In this document: positions 1 through 12,790 of the stretch, piece after piece
How positions within the stretch are numbered: position 1 is the first letter of the stretch
Layout: every line of letters begins with the position of its first letter
NCBI GenBank assembly: GCA_051294375.1
Contig: CM119263.1
Coordinates: 9,230,432 to 9,294,431, forward strand
Direction of reading: 5' to 3'
DNA: 64,000 bases
DNA from: Paraspadella gotoi
Taxonomy: Eukaryota > Animalia > Chaetognatha
Position numbers and translations under genes: made by a program
The notes under the pieces: model-generated
Told to the model about the DNA's origin: nothing
Seen by the model: the letters and a program-made list of their open reading frames with translations, nothing else
The model's database searches: none

Positions 1-245
1 AAAATGCTTCTGCATAAATCTAAAAAAAAACTTAATGATTTGATATCAATGCTTAACATTTTGAAATACCTTATACTATTAACTTCCCACAGCAGTGAGA
101 TTGTGTCACGCTCTATTTTCTTTCTTTTATAAATGAAAAAAATTCTCAAAAAACTTTTTTTTCAAATATCGTCTAATGATAGAGAAGATTTATATAAAGA
201 TACAAATCCTTGCCAAAATCTCATTTTCAACATATTATTCACCAG

Positions 246-342
<97 letters not shown>

Positions 343-935
343 GCTGTTCATTTCTTTGGCGAAATCCTACCCCGTGCTGAGGAGACCCGTGCGAGGGAGA
401 ATCATTTATCTTTTGGCGAGAGGGAAATTTTTCAATTAGTCAGTTCTTGTCAAAGTTCGTCTTTTGTCACCGAGAAAATTTCTGATTCCTGATTCTGAGG
501 AGGGAGCCACCGAACGGCGACGCGGAGGACGACGACGAGGACGACGCCGGCGACGACGACGACGACGACGACGACTGCGCCGCCAGTGATGACGACGCCG
601 TCACAATCGACGCCGTCATTTATGCGACGAGCGCTTTATTCTGCAGCATCCGATTGATGCAACTAAACCTGACGTTTTCTTCGTCCCCGTTTCGTAATCG
701 ATGTCGCATCGAGGGTGACTTCCCATATATTTCACCGCTCAAATTCACACCGACTCGCAGTGACCGCTCACATTCACGCTGACCACATTGACTCACACTG
801 ACCGCTTCCTTCGCTTTTCTAAATTTAACTCTCGTCTTTTCTTCGATCATTCCGTCTCTTTCTCTCTGTCTCTGTCTCTGTCTCTCTACGATCGCCTCGA
901 TCTCCATCTGTTCCTCGTGCGACCATTTGTCTGTC

Positions 936-1021
<86 letters not shown>

Positions 1022-2455
1022 CTCGTCTCGTTCGTCCCCGGGATTGATTGTCTATTGAAAACTAATTAAATCTCCCGGCCACGAGGTGTCGGGCAGAGAG
1101 TCGATCAATGAGATTAAGAGACGATCGAACCGATGATGACAAATGGTCCGAGCGACGTCGTGGGTCGTCGTCGTCGTCGCGGTCGTCTTCGTTTTCGTCG
1201 TCGTTTTCGTCGTCCAACTGTTGTGTCTCAATTAATCAAACGCCTAACGCGAATCGAAAGACTGTTTTAGTTTTGAATGAGAGAAAGAAAGAGAGAGGAG
1301 AATGAGATGAGAGGACGGTGAGAGGAAGATGAGGGAGAGAAGAGAGAGAGAGAGAGAGAGAAAGGAGCAGTAGAAGAGAGATAATGAGACTGAGGATGAG
1401 AAGAGTGAGATGGGAGGAGAGAGAGAGAGCTAGAATGGAGGGGGGAGAGGGAGTGAGATGGAGAGAACCGGAGAAAGGACGAAGAAGAAAAAGTTTGTTG
1501 GACCGGAAGATGGCGACTCCAGACGAATCGTTGAAGCGATAAACGAAATTCTTTTCTGTTGTGACAAAAACCTGGACTCGTTTTTGACAAATCGCTGTCT
1601 TGAAACAGATTTTGACAATGTCAAAAAGATTCATCAATAAACGAGATTTAAAGAAAAGTCATAAATATTGTGTCAAAAGTGTAAAACAATTTGCGACCAG
1701 AACTGGCAGAACCGTTTTGTACTTAAAATCATCTTGTCGTTATCATCTCTCAGAAAACTAACTTGACTTGCTAAGTTGTTATCTAAAAAAAATTGCCAAA
1801 CTTTTCCACCAAAACATAAAAAAAAACAACGGCGAAAGGTCCGGCACGTCGTCAAATTTTTTAATCAAGTTTCACTCCAGCCATTCACACTTGCGTCACG
1901 TTTTTATTTTCACACCCAACGTTTCACATTCATCCTCACTCGATCGCAAAAAAAAGGAAGACGCGTTTGATTTAAGTCTCGACATTTCAACTTTCGCGCT
2001 CATCCTTCGCTCCCTTCCTCTGTCTCCATCTTCTCTCCCCTCCTCCCCATTCTCCTTCAACCCTTCCGTCCTTTCCTCTCGGTTCCCACCGTCCGGCCGC
2101 CGGCGAATCTCCGGCCAAATTCGGACCGAATTCCCCCGCAAAACGCAAATGGCCGCCGGTTTTAATCGAGGGCATAATTGTCAAAAGTGGATTTGTGACG
2201 CGGAAGTGGGAGAGGCGACTGAGGGTCCTCGTCGTCGTCGTCGTCGTCGTCGTCATCATCGACGGATGGTCAGTCGCATTGCGATCACGTGACTGACGTG
2301 ATTGACCTCAGACAGCGACGATGACTATGACGACAAAAGTGACGACGATGACGACGACGACGTCGACCCCATTGTCTTTTCCCTCGACGATATTGGCTGC
2401 GTGGGATTGGACTACGAGGGTGTCAAACCCACGAAGGTGACGAGGGTGGCATCGC

Positions 2456-2559
2456 CCGAGTGGCATCGATGGAAGTCCGAGTGGCATTGATGGAAGTCCG
2501 AGTGGCATCGATGGAAGTCCGAGTGGCATCGATGGAAGTCCGAGTGGCATCGATGGAAG
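2456..2559. repeat. 21-bp tandem repeat, ~5 copies (CCGAGTGGCATCGATGGAAGT)
   Basis: Directly visible; one copy carries a C>T change. Confidence 0.93.
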
Positions 2560-3099
2560 ACGGAGCCAAAGTCAATCATAGTAAGACATTGTTTAAGTTT
2601 GGTGTTTTACACCGAAGCGTTACGTCGAAAAACAATTTCATAGTGACTTTTGAAATTGGTATGATGAAATTAATAATTTAACGAAATCGTTTATGTTTCA
2701 GGTTAGTTTTAGTCGAAAGTTTTAGTCTCAATACTGTATTGATTTTACTTTTGTTTCGTTGTGTTTTAGGAATTTTAGGAAAAAACAGTTTTGATAGTCA
2801 AACAACGATTTTATTGACAAATAAGTCGGACATTTTTCGACTCATATTTTTCCTAAAGTCTCGATACTAAAAGGGCATCTAGTGGCGACATCCGCGGTGG
2901 GTGTATTTTTCAAAGGTAGCATTAGCAATTGTTTGGATGATAAGTTAGCAGAAGAACGATTTTTTGGTTCGGGGTTCAATCATGCAACCAACCGGAAGTG
3001 ACACACGTGGCGCTTCGCGGTCAACGCAAATTCGGCGGCAAAAATGAAAAAGGATTAGAGGGGCAGGATTCTAACGCATGGGTTCGAGGGATGGGAAAC

Positions 3100-3207
<108 letters not shown>

Positions 3208-4625
3208 ACAAAGATATCAGTTCCCTGATTCTCACCTGAGAGACAAAGAGATCCTCGTTATCGTCGTCGTTGTCGTCGTCATCCTCTTCCACTCTCTCTC
3301 CGTTTCATTTCCCTTTTTTTTCCTCAAAGTAAAAAGAAAAAAAAATCCCGCGGATGAATTTTCGTATTTAATTTTTTTTTTTAAATCGAAAGACAAATTC
3401 AGGTGGTTTTATTTCGAAATCCCGCAAATCAGAGAAAGATGGAGACGCTAGATTCCGAGATGGAAAAAAAATCAGTCTAGTAGATGGCGTTGCTCTTTTT
3501 TTTTTATTTGCTTCACTCGTCGTCGTCGTCGTCGTCAAACAGCAACTTGATTTGCGGCAGAGAAGGAGCCGTTCGGCTTTGAGAAGTCGCGCTAACGACG
3601 TTTTAATGAGTCGCGGAATTTTCTCTTTCTCCTTTTTTTTTTCTTTCTCTTTCTATATCCTTTTTTTCTTCTTTTTTTTCTCCTTTCTTTTCTCGTCTTT
3701 CTTTTTTTCCACGGCGTCGGCGCGTTAATCAGTCATTGAGGTTCAACGACGACGGGAAAACAACCTGCGAAGAGAATGAGAGGGGGGAGGCGGGAGGGGG
3801 GGATGGATAAGACGTTGTTATGACGACGCAAACAAAAAATACAAATAAAAAAAGGGAGGGATAAACAAACGAGAAATCAATTATGTCGAGGCAACTGTAT
3901 CGCAATAAGGAAAATAAAAATTTGTAAAAAAATTGAAGATAAAAATTTGACTTGAAGATTCGTTTGACGCGAGAACGTTTTCGATCAAATATAAATTTAA
4001 TATATATATTTTAGAGGAAAAAAATACGGGATGAGTTCGACGCTCGTTTGAAGAGAAGCTTTCAAATTTAGGAGCTGACTTCATATTGTAAGATGTAAAT
4101 TATACAACAAACGTCGCTTGAGATTTTGCCGAGATTTTACTGGATACATTCGATGTGCGTCCCATTGACGGGCACCCATCGTCAAAATGTTTTACAAATA
4201 CGGACGATTCCAACTCAGCTTCCCTTCGTTACAATGACGTTACAATCAACGCTCCTCCTCTTTCCGTCATTGATTGTAACTCCGTCGTAACCGATTGTAA
4301 AAAAAGAAGGAGGGGGGGGGAAAGGCGGAGAGATTTGGAGCTACGCGTCGTAAAAGGAGTGACGAGCGAACGAGGGCCTCGTAAAAGAAAGTGGCGTGAC
4401 GAAGGGAAAGAAGAGGGCGTTGACAAGGAGGTGGAGTCGGCTTCGGGGGAGGGGAGAGAGTCAGGGTAGGGGTGGAGTTAAATGTTGAGGCGGGGAAATG
4501 GGTCTAGGTTAAGGCAGGGGGGGGGGCGAAAACGGGGCGACGTGAAATCCCAGCCGGTGCCCCAAATCGGGGGGCGAATACGTAAAAAGCCGGAAGGAGA
4601 AGAGAGAGGAGAGAAGAGGAGAGAG

Positions 4626-4669
<44 letters not shown>

Positions 4670-5259
4670 AGAGAGACGGTGGGGCTGTTCTTGAGGGCGC
4701 CGCGCGGCCAGCGGAGAGAAGGCCCGAAGGCGTGACGAGGTCTTGATGATGGCGGCGATGACGTCGACGGAAGAAGTCGATGAATCCTCGAAGAGGATGA
4801 CGATGATGACGATGATGACGATGACGATGCTGCAGGTGACAATGACGACAATACAGACGATGACGGTGACCACGACAATCCAAAAAATAAATAGTAAATG
4901 CGATGCCAAAGGTGACGACGATGACGACAAGAAGGCTTCAGTTAGTGAAAAGTTGAATCCGAAGGAGAATCTTAAAAATAACTTATAAGTTATAACGAAT
5001 TAATATAAAAAAGATTCTTAAAACAACTGACAAATTAAACGATTAGTCATTATATTATTTATTTCCCTTGCTTTTTTTTTCCCTCCTGGACTTTATATCT
5101 TTTATTTTTTCTCCCTTCACTTACTTTCAACACTCACGCCTCCACGCACTTCCGGTTCCCTTTTCAGCATCGATCCTCGTTACAATAACCGTGGTGAAAA
5201 ATCACCGCGTCGCTGACGTGAAGTGTTAGCGAGTGACGACGAGGATATCGCTCTCCCGT

Positions 5260-5310
<51 letters not shown>

Positions 5311-6405
5311 AGAGAGAGAGAGAGAGGAGAGACAGAGAGAGAAAGGAGAAGAGAAGAGAGAGAGATGAGAGAGAGAGAGAGATCCCACACACACACATAA
5401 ATCGGAGATGGAACCGTGGAAAAGTGAGACGGAGTGGATCTCGTCGGTCGTGAATTTTCTCCGACGATTGAAGTGAAGACGTGAGAAAGACGAGCGTGAC
5501 GGGAGGAAGGGAGGAAAGGGAAAAGCGGGAAGTGGAAAATGGGATGTGGAAAAAGCGTAAAGGATGTGGAAATTGGATGAGCGAAAAGGTTGAGAAAATT
5601 TGATTTGGCCAAAGGATATTAAAATTAGATGTGCGAAAGGGATGTGAATATACGATGTGCTCAAACGCTGTAGAAATTATATAAATTCAAAAGAGATTTA
5701 AGACATTACAACTGGTAAACATTAGACATAAATTTTAGAAGATAAAACGTTATTAAACCTCTAGTTACCGCTTAAAAGGCATGTCATGTCGCGATGAAAA
5801 TATTTCATACGTACGTTCATTCACTTTCTCTCCGTTTTGTTCAAATTTCAAAAGATTTCTTATGAAAGATCAGTGTGTGTACATAGTTTCAGATAAATAA
5901 ATGTAGTTAATTGTGCAATCATAACCCTAATTAATGAAATAAACAAGCCGGATATTTTTTTTAACACCATTTTACAAAAGCGAAAGTGAAAGAATTTAGC
6001 ATAAAATATTCCCAAATTCATTGCGTTAATATCGAAGTTTAATTACATGACGTATGTCGAAAATATTATGAGAAAAGTATGACTTTGATATCTTCCACAT
6101 ACCAAAAATGATCCGTCCGAGATGGAATTTAAAGAACGTTAAATTTATTCATTTCCAAGGTGTTGATTGTAAAATGAGAAAATATTCACGAAAACCTTTT
6201 ATATTTTTTTTTCTCGTTTTGTTTCCAGTATTTTTTTTCTTCAATATTACAAAAGCCTGAGAATGGACGAAAAAAAAACGTTATTAAATCTCCGGGTCTC
6301 GGGTTCGATTCCCAGCGGCGACCGGATTTGAAAAAGGAAAAAGTGGAATTGAGAAGGAAACGATTCTCCCAAATTGATGGAGGATCTTGGTTAATGATGA
6401 ACCAC

Positions 6406-6445
<40 letters not shown>

Positions 6446-7365
6446 TAAGTAGAGAGAGAAAGAGAGATAGGGAACTAGAAACCTCGCAAGAAAACGATGA
6501 TGACGACGATGACGATGACGACGAGCCGGTTCGTGTGTGCCACAATGAAAGAAGGAAGGATTCTTAGCGCCTCCGCGTCATCATCTTTCTCATTGACATT
6601 GACATCATCATTGAGGTTTTGAGAGAGGGAGAGAGAAAGAGAGAGAGACAGAGAGAAAGAGGACGACCGTATTCGTCGTCGGCGACGTCGTCGTCGTTCG
6701 CGTCGTCGTTTTTCTCGTCGTCGTCGGCGCGTCGAACGAAATCGTCGCCTTTGCTCTTCCCGATTTTTTTGCTCTTCCTTCTCCGGTTGAAATCCAAACC
6801 TCAACTCCTCGTCTTTCGGCTCTGTTCCCTCGATCGTCGAACTCTTTTTTTCTACTCGAATTCCCTGTCTTTTTTTTCTCTCTCTCTTCCTCCTCTTCTT
6901 CCTTTCCCTCCATCCGACCATACTATTCCGCCTCCTCGTCCTCTTCCTCATCTCTCCCCCCCCTTTCTCCATTTTTCCCTCCTTTCAAAAGCCGTTCGTT
7001 GCCATCGCTTCTGGCTCTTTAGAAATGATGACGCTTTGCTTTTTGATTGCGCACAATGATGTCCGACTTTGTTTACGTGACCTCATCAAGAAAGTATCGT
7101 TCGCGCGATAATTTTGAGGCGAAAAGGGGGGGGGTGGAGGAAAGGTATGTTGATTGAAGGTATGATGAAAAGGCGTTGCTTGGTTTTAATGACGAGGAAC
7201 TGTTTTAAATTAAAGTGGCGAAGGCCTAAAGGAGTAGTAAAACCAAATCAGCAAATAAGTATACCGTAAAAAGAGAAAAATCGAGGTACATGAATCCAAG
7301 GGAAAAAATGTATTAATTAATAAATATTTTACTGTAAAAATATATGAATAAAATTATCAATGAAA

Positions 7366-7470
7366 TAATGAACGAATGAACGAATGAACGAATGAACGAA
7401 TGAATGAATGAATGAATGAACGAATGAACGAATGAATGAATGAATGAATGAATGAATGAATGAATGAATG
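7366..7470. repeat. (GAAT/GAAC)n tetranucleotide repeat
   Basis: Directly visible. Confidence 0.95.
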
Positions 7471-10234
7471 AGCGACAATGTTTAGAAAAAATTATTTAAA
7501 ATGATCGAATGAACGAAGAAGTAACCGCAAAATCTATTAAAGATCCTCGCATCATTCTTTTTTCAAAACCTTTCACTTGAATCTTCATCGGTGGAGATGA
7601 AAAGGATCCCTTCGGAAGTGACTCGAGTCGAAGAAAGAAATTGGGCTCGAGTCTCGATCGCCGCTCAATCCACGCTAATTCGAAACACCGACCTTCGAGT
7701 TGGGTGGGAATCTTCATGGGGTGGTCGGTGGCTTTAAACTGGTGGCGTGACCGATTTGAAGTGAGCGGGAAGATGGTCGCACACTTCTTGTCTGGTGACG
7801 CTGCTCCGGTCGGAATGGATGAGGTTAAAGCCTGGCTTCTTCGGCTTGGCCGACGTCGTAATAATATAATAATATAATGTAATAATTTTATATTGGTTGT
7901 ACCAATTTCATAGAAGAGAGGAAGAAAAAAAATTAACAGCTTCAATATTTAATAATATTAAAGCAATCTTTTTTAAAGAACTAAATCCAAAATTGCTCTT
8001 ACTCTCTTACTCTCTTACCTTCAAGTAAAAGTACTAAGAGTTTTTTTTAGAGAGAAAGAAAAGATAAAAAAAAACATATAATGCTGATTTTCTAAAAACA
8101 GAAAAAAAAATTTGGGTAAATATGTTTGTTTATCTTGAAAGAGTTTGGTTTAATTCGTCTGCATGGAAAAAATAATGTTAAACTCAGTAAACTGAATGAA
8201 AGTTAAAAATAAAAAGATATAAAAACAGTTGTTTTCAATTCCGATTGATTTTTACCCAACTCATTGAAGAGGTCAGGCTAGGTTAACCTTGTTTATTAAT
8301 AGATTTACCGAGCGATAGCTAAGAAAAATTATCAGTTACTAACTACTGAGGCTTGGAGTCGGAGAAGATTATGAAGTAGTATCCTTAATTTATTGCAAAG
8401 AACCCCAAAACTTACATTTTAAAATTTCAGACCCAAAAGTTAAAGACCTGCCTCTTCCTATTATGAGCTATTTACACATTTTTAAATTAAACAGTTTTTT
8501 GGGGACATATCGAATATTTATGAAGGTAAAAAGAGAAACCAAAAATTATTTTCTCGCCTGAATTTCGTCAACTCAGAAAATGTTAAAAACTGAGCAAAAA
8601 ATGTCGCTATTAACCGCGGGGTGGTTATTTATTGGACGCTCTGACGTCCCGCCTCTGGGCGCCGCTACAAAATCAAGGGTGCTCCAATTTGTGGACCGGA
8701 TTGTTGAAGTGTTCAGCAGGACTCAAAAGTCAACAAAGTTCGACTCATAAATTGACGGTGAATGACCTACTTTAGAATATTCAATCCATTGAAAAATTCA
8801 ACTTTAAAGCGCGGTCGCTATAACTAAAAGTGATTTACAACAACACGCATCAAAAATTAATGGAAGACCATTATTTGTCATACCAGTTAATATCAGTTAA
8901 TCACACAACGGCAGCCAAATAAAAAATTTAGTAGCGAAGAAGTAAAAAAAAGACTTTAACCTATTTAACTATGATGAATTCTAACCGTGAGCCGTCGTCA
9001 ATTGTGAACCTGAGCCTCCGCTCACCAGAGAGAATCAAACGGTCGGCAGCGAGAGTCAACAACCTCCGATGTAAACATCGATAATCGCCAATTCCTCCCC
9101 CTCCCCCCTTTTAATTCTTCCTTTCTCCCCCCCCCCTCCTTCCTTCCTCGCCCCTCTCTTCTTTCCCGTCGATTATTTTCATTTTCCAGGGAAAATAATT
9201 AGGAGCAGAGGAGAAGAGGGACCTGAGAACCCGACGGCCTTGCTCGCGGGTGGTCCTTTTTTTAAACTCTTTAAAACTATTTTTTTTTTTAATCGAGCAT
9301 CTCCCGTTTTGCTCTTCCTTTTATGATCGTCCGTTTTGATTTCGTTTTAATTCCACTTTATGCTTCGTGGTTCACAGTTCTCTTTCCTTTCTTGTTTGAT
9401 TTTCTTATGTCATTTTACGAGTTAATTATTACAAATTTTAATTTAACTATAATGATTAAGTTCGATAACAGAATGAATTTTCAATCCATTCAAAATAAAA
9501 ATTTATGAAGCACGTGGCTGGTTTTCTCTTATGTTATCTTTACCTCTTTGGTATACGATAATCATGCTTTTTGTAGAATTGTAGGTTTGAAGGCTATAAT
9601 TTAAAATTTGGTAAAAGCGCTCGTAATTTGACATTTTGAAATGGAAAATTCTTCTAAAGTGCATCAGTAACTATTTTAGTGGAACCAGCGGACCACGGAA
9701 ATATGTTAACGAGAAAAAACAAGTCAAAACCTATATTTACTATCGTTTTAATTATTTTAATTCTTTTTATTATCGGAAACTAAAAAAAATTAAAGCTTTG
9801 ATCGTAAAAATCCAAACTTTACAACTGGGATGAAAGCCACGGGCTTGCGGAGATTTTATTGCGTCCATGTAGAGAAATATGACCTCCAAAGAATTTTTTC
9901 ATGAAAAAAAAAAAGAAGAATGTAATGATGTTTTGCTTTCTATTAAAGGTTACTAAACTTGTCTATAAGAACAATCGTCGTTTTATGATTAAATTTAACA
10001 TCCGAGCAAACTTTCTGCGCAAGCAATCTTTTAATGAAAGCAATCATCCAGCGAAAGCAATCAACGGAGCTGATTGGTTAAACAAATTTCGAAATCATCT
10101 CATCCTCGGTTTATAACCTCCTCCCCTTTTCATTGTTCCAATCCAACCACAAAAAAAGATTTTCGGTCCCTGACAAAAATAACGAGACAGAGACGAAGAG
10201 AGGGAGGGAGAGAGAGATAGATGAAAAGTGGGAA

Positions 10235-10312
<78 letters not shown>

Positions 10313-10436
10313 CAGAGTCACGAAATTGTGATTTTCGCGAAATTCGGGCGTAATTCTCTAATTTGGAATGCAAATGGCGACAAACGCGAGTGAAAAACCC
10401 GTCAACGCCATCCTCTCTCTCTCTCTCTCTCTCACT

Positions 10437-10471
<35 letters not shown>

Positions 10472-11359
10472 CTCTCTCTCTCTCTTCTCTCTCTCATCCT
10501 CTCTCTCTCTCATCCTCTCTCTCCACTTTCTCTAAATCTCTCTCTCTCTTCTCACGAATTCGGAGGACGCGTTTGAATCTCCGGTCGTCTGTGAAAAGTG
10601 CTATGCCGTGCACGCGAAGACTCACACTCATCCGCACACTCAAGAAGGCGATGCACACAAGCTCACTTGGAAAATTCCCTTACCCGACTCAGTTCATTTC
10701 ACGGGATGAAAAAAGGACAATTTTGTTACTTAGACTTAGTACAGACAAGTTTCCTCAGTCAGTAATAGATAAACTTTAGACATTACAACATAAAATTAAC
10801 GACATGAAACATATCAACCGTCGAACTGCTAAAAAAAAAGACTTTCACCAATTAAAAAAAATACTCCCTCCAACTTTTCCTCGCCGATTCTTCAGTCACA
10901 ATAAAACTAAAACGCGACGTAATTCGCCGTAATTTCGACGCTTTACATTTTTTCTTCCCTCCTTCTCTTTCATCCGCTTACGTTTTTTTTTCTCTCTCTC
11001 TCTCTAAAAAAAATCCCCCCTGGCACGGCGTCCTGATGAGAACCGAGGTATAAGTGTCACACTAGTCTTAAAATACGGTTTCTTTTTCGGTTTAATTGCG
11101 ACCGCCGGTTTTCCAGAGCGCCACGATACGACACTGGTGGTTCGTTTCTTCTTTCTCTCTTTCTTTCTTTTTTTTTTACTCTCTCTCTCTCTTTCTTTCT
11201 CGATATTTCTCTTTCCCTCTTTCTAGATATATTTTACTTTTTTCAACTTTTTTATATTCCGTATTAAGGGAAAAATTTACATTTCCCACTTACATTATTC
11301 GTAAGCACTCTCTCTCTCTCTATCACCTTCTCTTTCTTTCTTTCTTTCTTTTTTTTTTT

Positions 11360-11572
11360 NNNNNNNNNNNNNNNNNNNNNNNNNNNNNNNNNNNNNNNNN
11401 NNNNNNNNNNNNNNNNNNNNNNNNNNNNNNNNNNNNNNNNNNNNNNNNNNNNNNNNNNNNNNNNNNNNNNNNNNNNNNNNNNNNNNNNNNNNNNNNNNNN
11501 NNNNNNNNNNNNNNNNNNNNNNNNNNNNNNNNNNNNNNNNNNNNNNNNNNNNNNNNNNNNNNNNNNNNNNNN
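11360..11572. other. Assembly gap (others at 12136-12160, 19288-19494, 35035-35044 and 48660-48759)
   Basis: Runs of N. Confidence 1.
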
Positions 11573-12160
11573 TGTCGCGACGAGTTCCTGCATTTTCCTT
11601 CTTAATCCTCTCATCTCCCATTCCGTTCATCAGTTTTAATGCTTCGTTTTAACCGTTTGTTTACTTTTTTCACTTTTTCTTTTTAATTTCTCTTTATTTT
11701 TTTTTTAACCAAACGATGAGGAGAGTGAAAGAAGGAAGGGAAAAAAAAGTCAATTGATGATACATTGGCTTCATCGCGATTTCCTCCTTACGTCTCGACG
11801 CCATGTTTTTTTTCCTCTTCGTTCTCCTCCTCCTCCTCTTTCTCCTCCTCCTCCTCCTCCTCTTTCTTTTTCCTCCACTTAACAAATTGAGCAAACAGGG
11901 GTAAGCTAATGAGGGACGGTGAAGGGACTGAAGCAGAGCAACGCTGACAGCATCGTTAACGCCGAGGTGGAAGCGAGGAGAATGGGGGGAGGAGGAAGAA
12001 GGGTAGGAAGAGGAAGAGGAGGAGGAAGAGAAGAAGAAGACGATAGGAGGAAAGGGATTGAAACTGTAGTGAAAAGTAGTGAAAAGAATAGAGGAGAAGA
12101 AAGAGGAGAGAGAAAAGACGGTAGGAAAAAGGAGGNNNNNNNNNNNNNNNNNNNNNNNNN

Positions 12161-12790
12161 AGAGCCAAAAGCTGCGGCAGTGTGCAGAAGAAGGAACTCT
12201 AGAAGATATGATGGTCTCCCTAGGAAATACCGCCTGGCAAACGTGGTAAATCTGAGTTGTTCTCCTCCTTCCAGTCCTGCTCCCCTCCACGCTTTATCTA
12301 AAGCCTGACGGCCGTGTGGTCGGCGTTGTTGCGGCGATTATCCTGCCGCCCAACGCCAATACAATTGATGGACCGCTATCCAGTTAAATTGCTACTACTG
12401 ATTTCAACGCTCAACTGGAGGGTAAATCATCTTTTTCAAAAGATCGATTCTACCTCGAAAGGAATACCACCAGATATCCCGTAAATCTCCTGGACCCCGT
12501 AGTAAGAAAACTGGGTTATTACACCATTCTGTTCTCTCCCCTTTTTTACTCTCAACACCTCCTCTACGTCTTTCAAAATCCCGCTTTGTCTGCGCACCCA
12601 TCCCCCTGCCATCCTTTTTGGCTCTTTCTGGTCATTAAATAGAACAATGATCGGGGGCCGCCATTTTGTGGGCTTTATTTTGATTTTGCTGCAACCAGCT
12701 GCCTCATGGACGAGATATTGGGACGAACATAACCATACATTCCGACTCGATTATGTCCGATTTAGATGCTTTATGTTTAACAGTGGTGAT
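12161..12790 (+). mobile_element. Ty3/Gypsy reverse transcriptase remnant (indel-riddled)
   Basis: Reading through frameshifts gives KPDG..R.CGDYR.LNA.T..DRYPV, DFNAQLEGK..FSKID...YHQIP, KKT..ITPF and RLMDEILG. Confidence 0.75.

Noticed and set aside
6290-6326. GGTTCGATTCCC B-box
   Set aside because: No A box or cloverleaf; at most a SINE relic.
7496-7945. 149-aa minus-strand ORF in unique sequence
   Set aside because: No recognisable motif or convincing splice sites.
11030-11100. Hammerhead ribozyme cores at CTGATGA/CTGAAGA sites (11033, 38360, 39063, 60833 and others)
   Set aside because: None is followed by a stem II plus GAAA with a correctly placed cleavage triplet.
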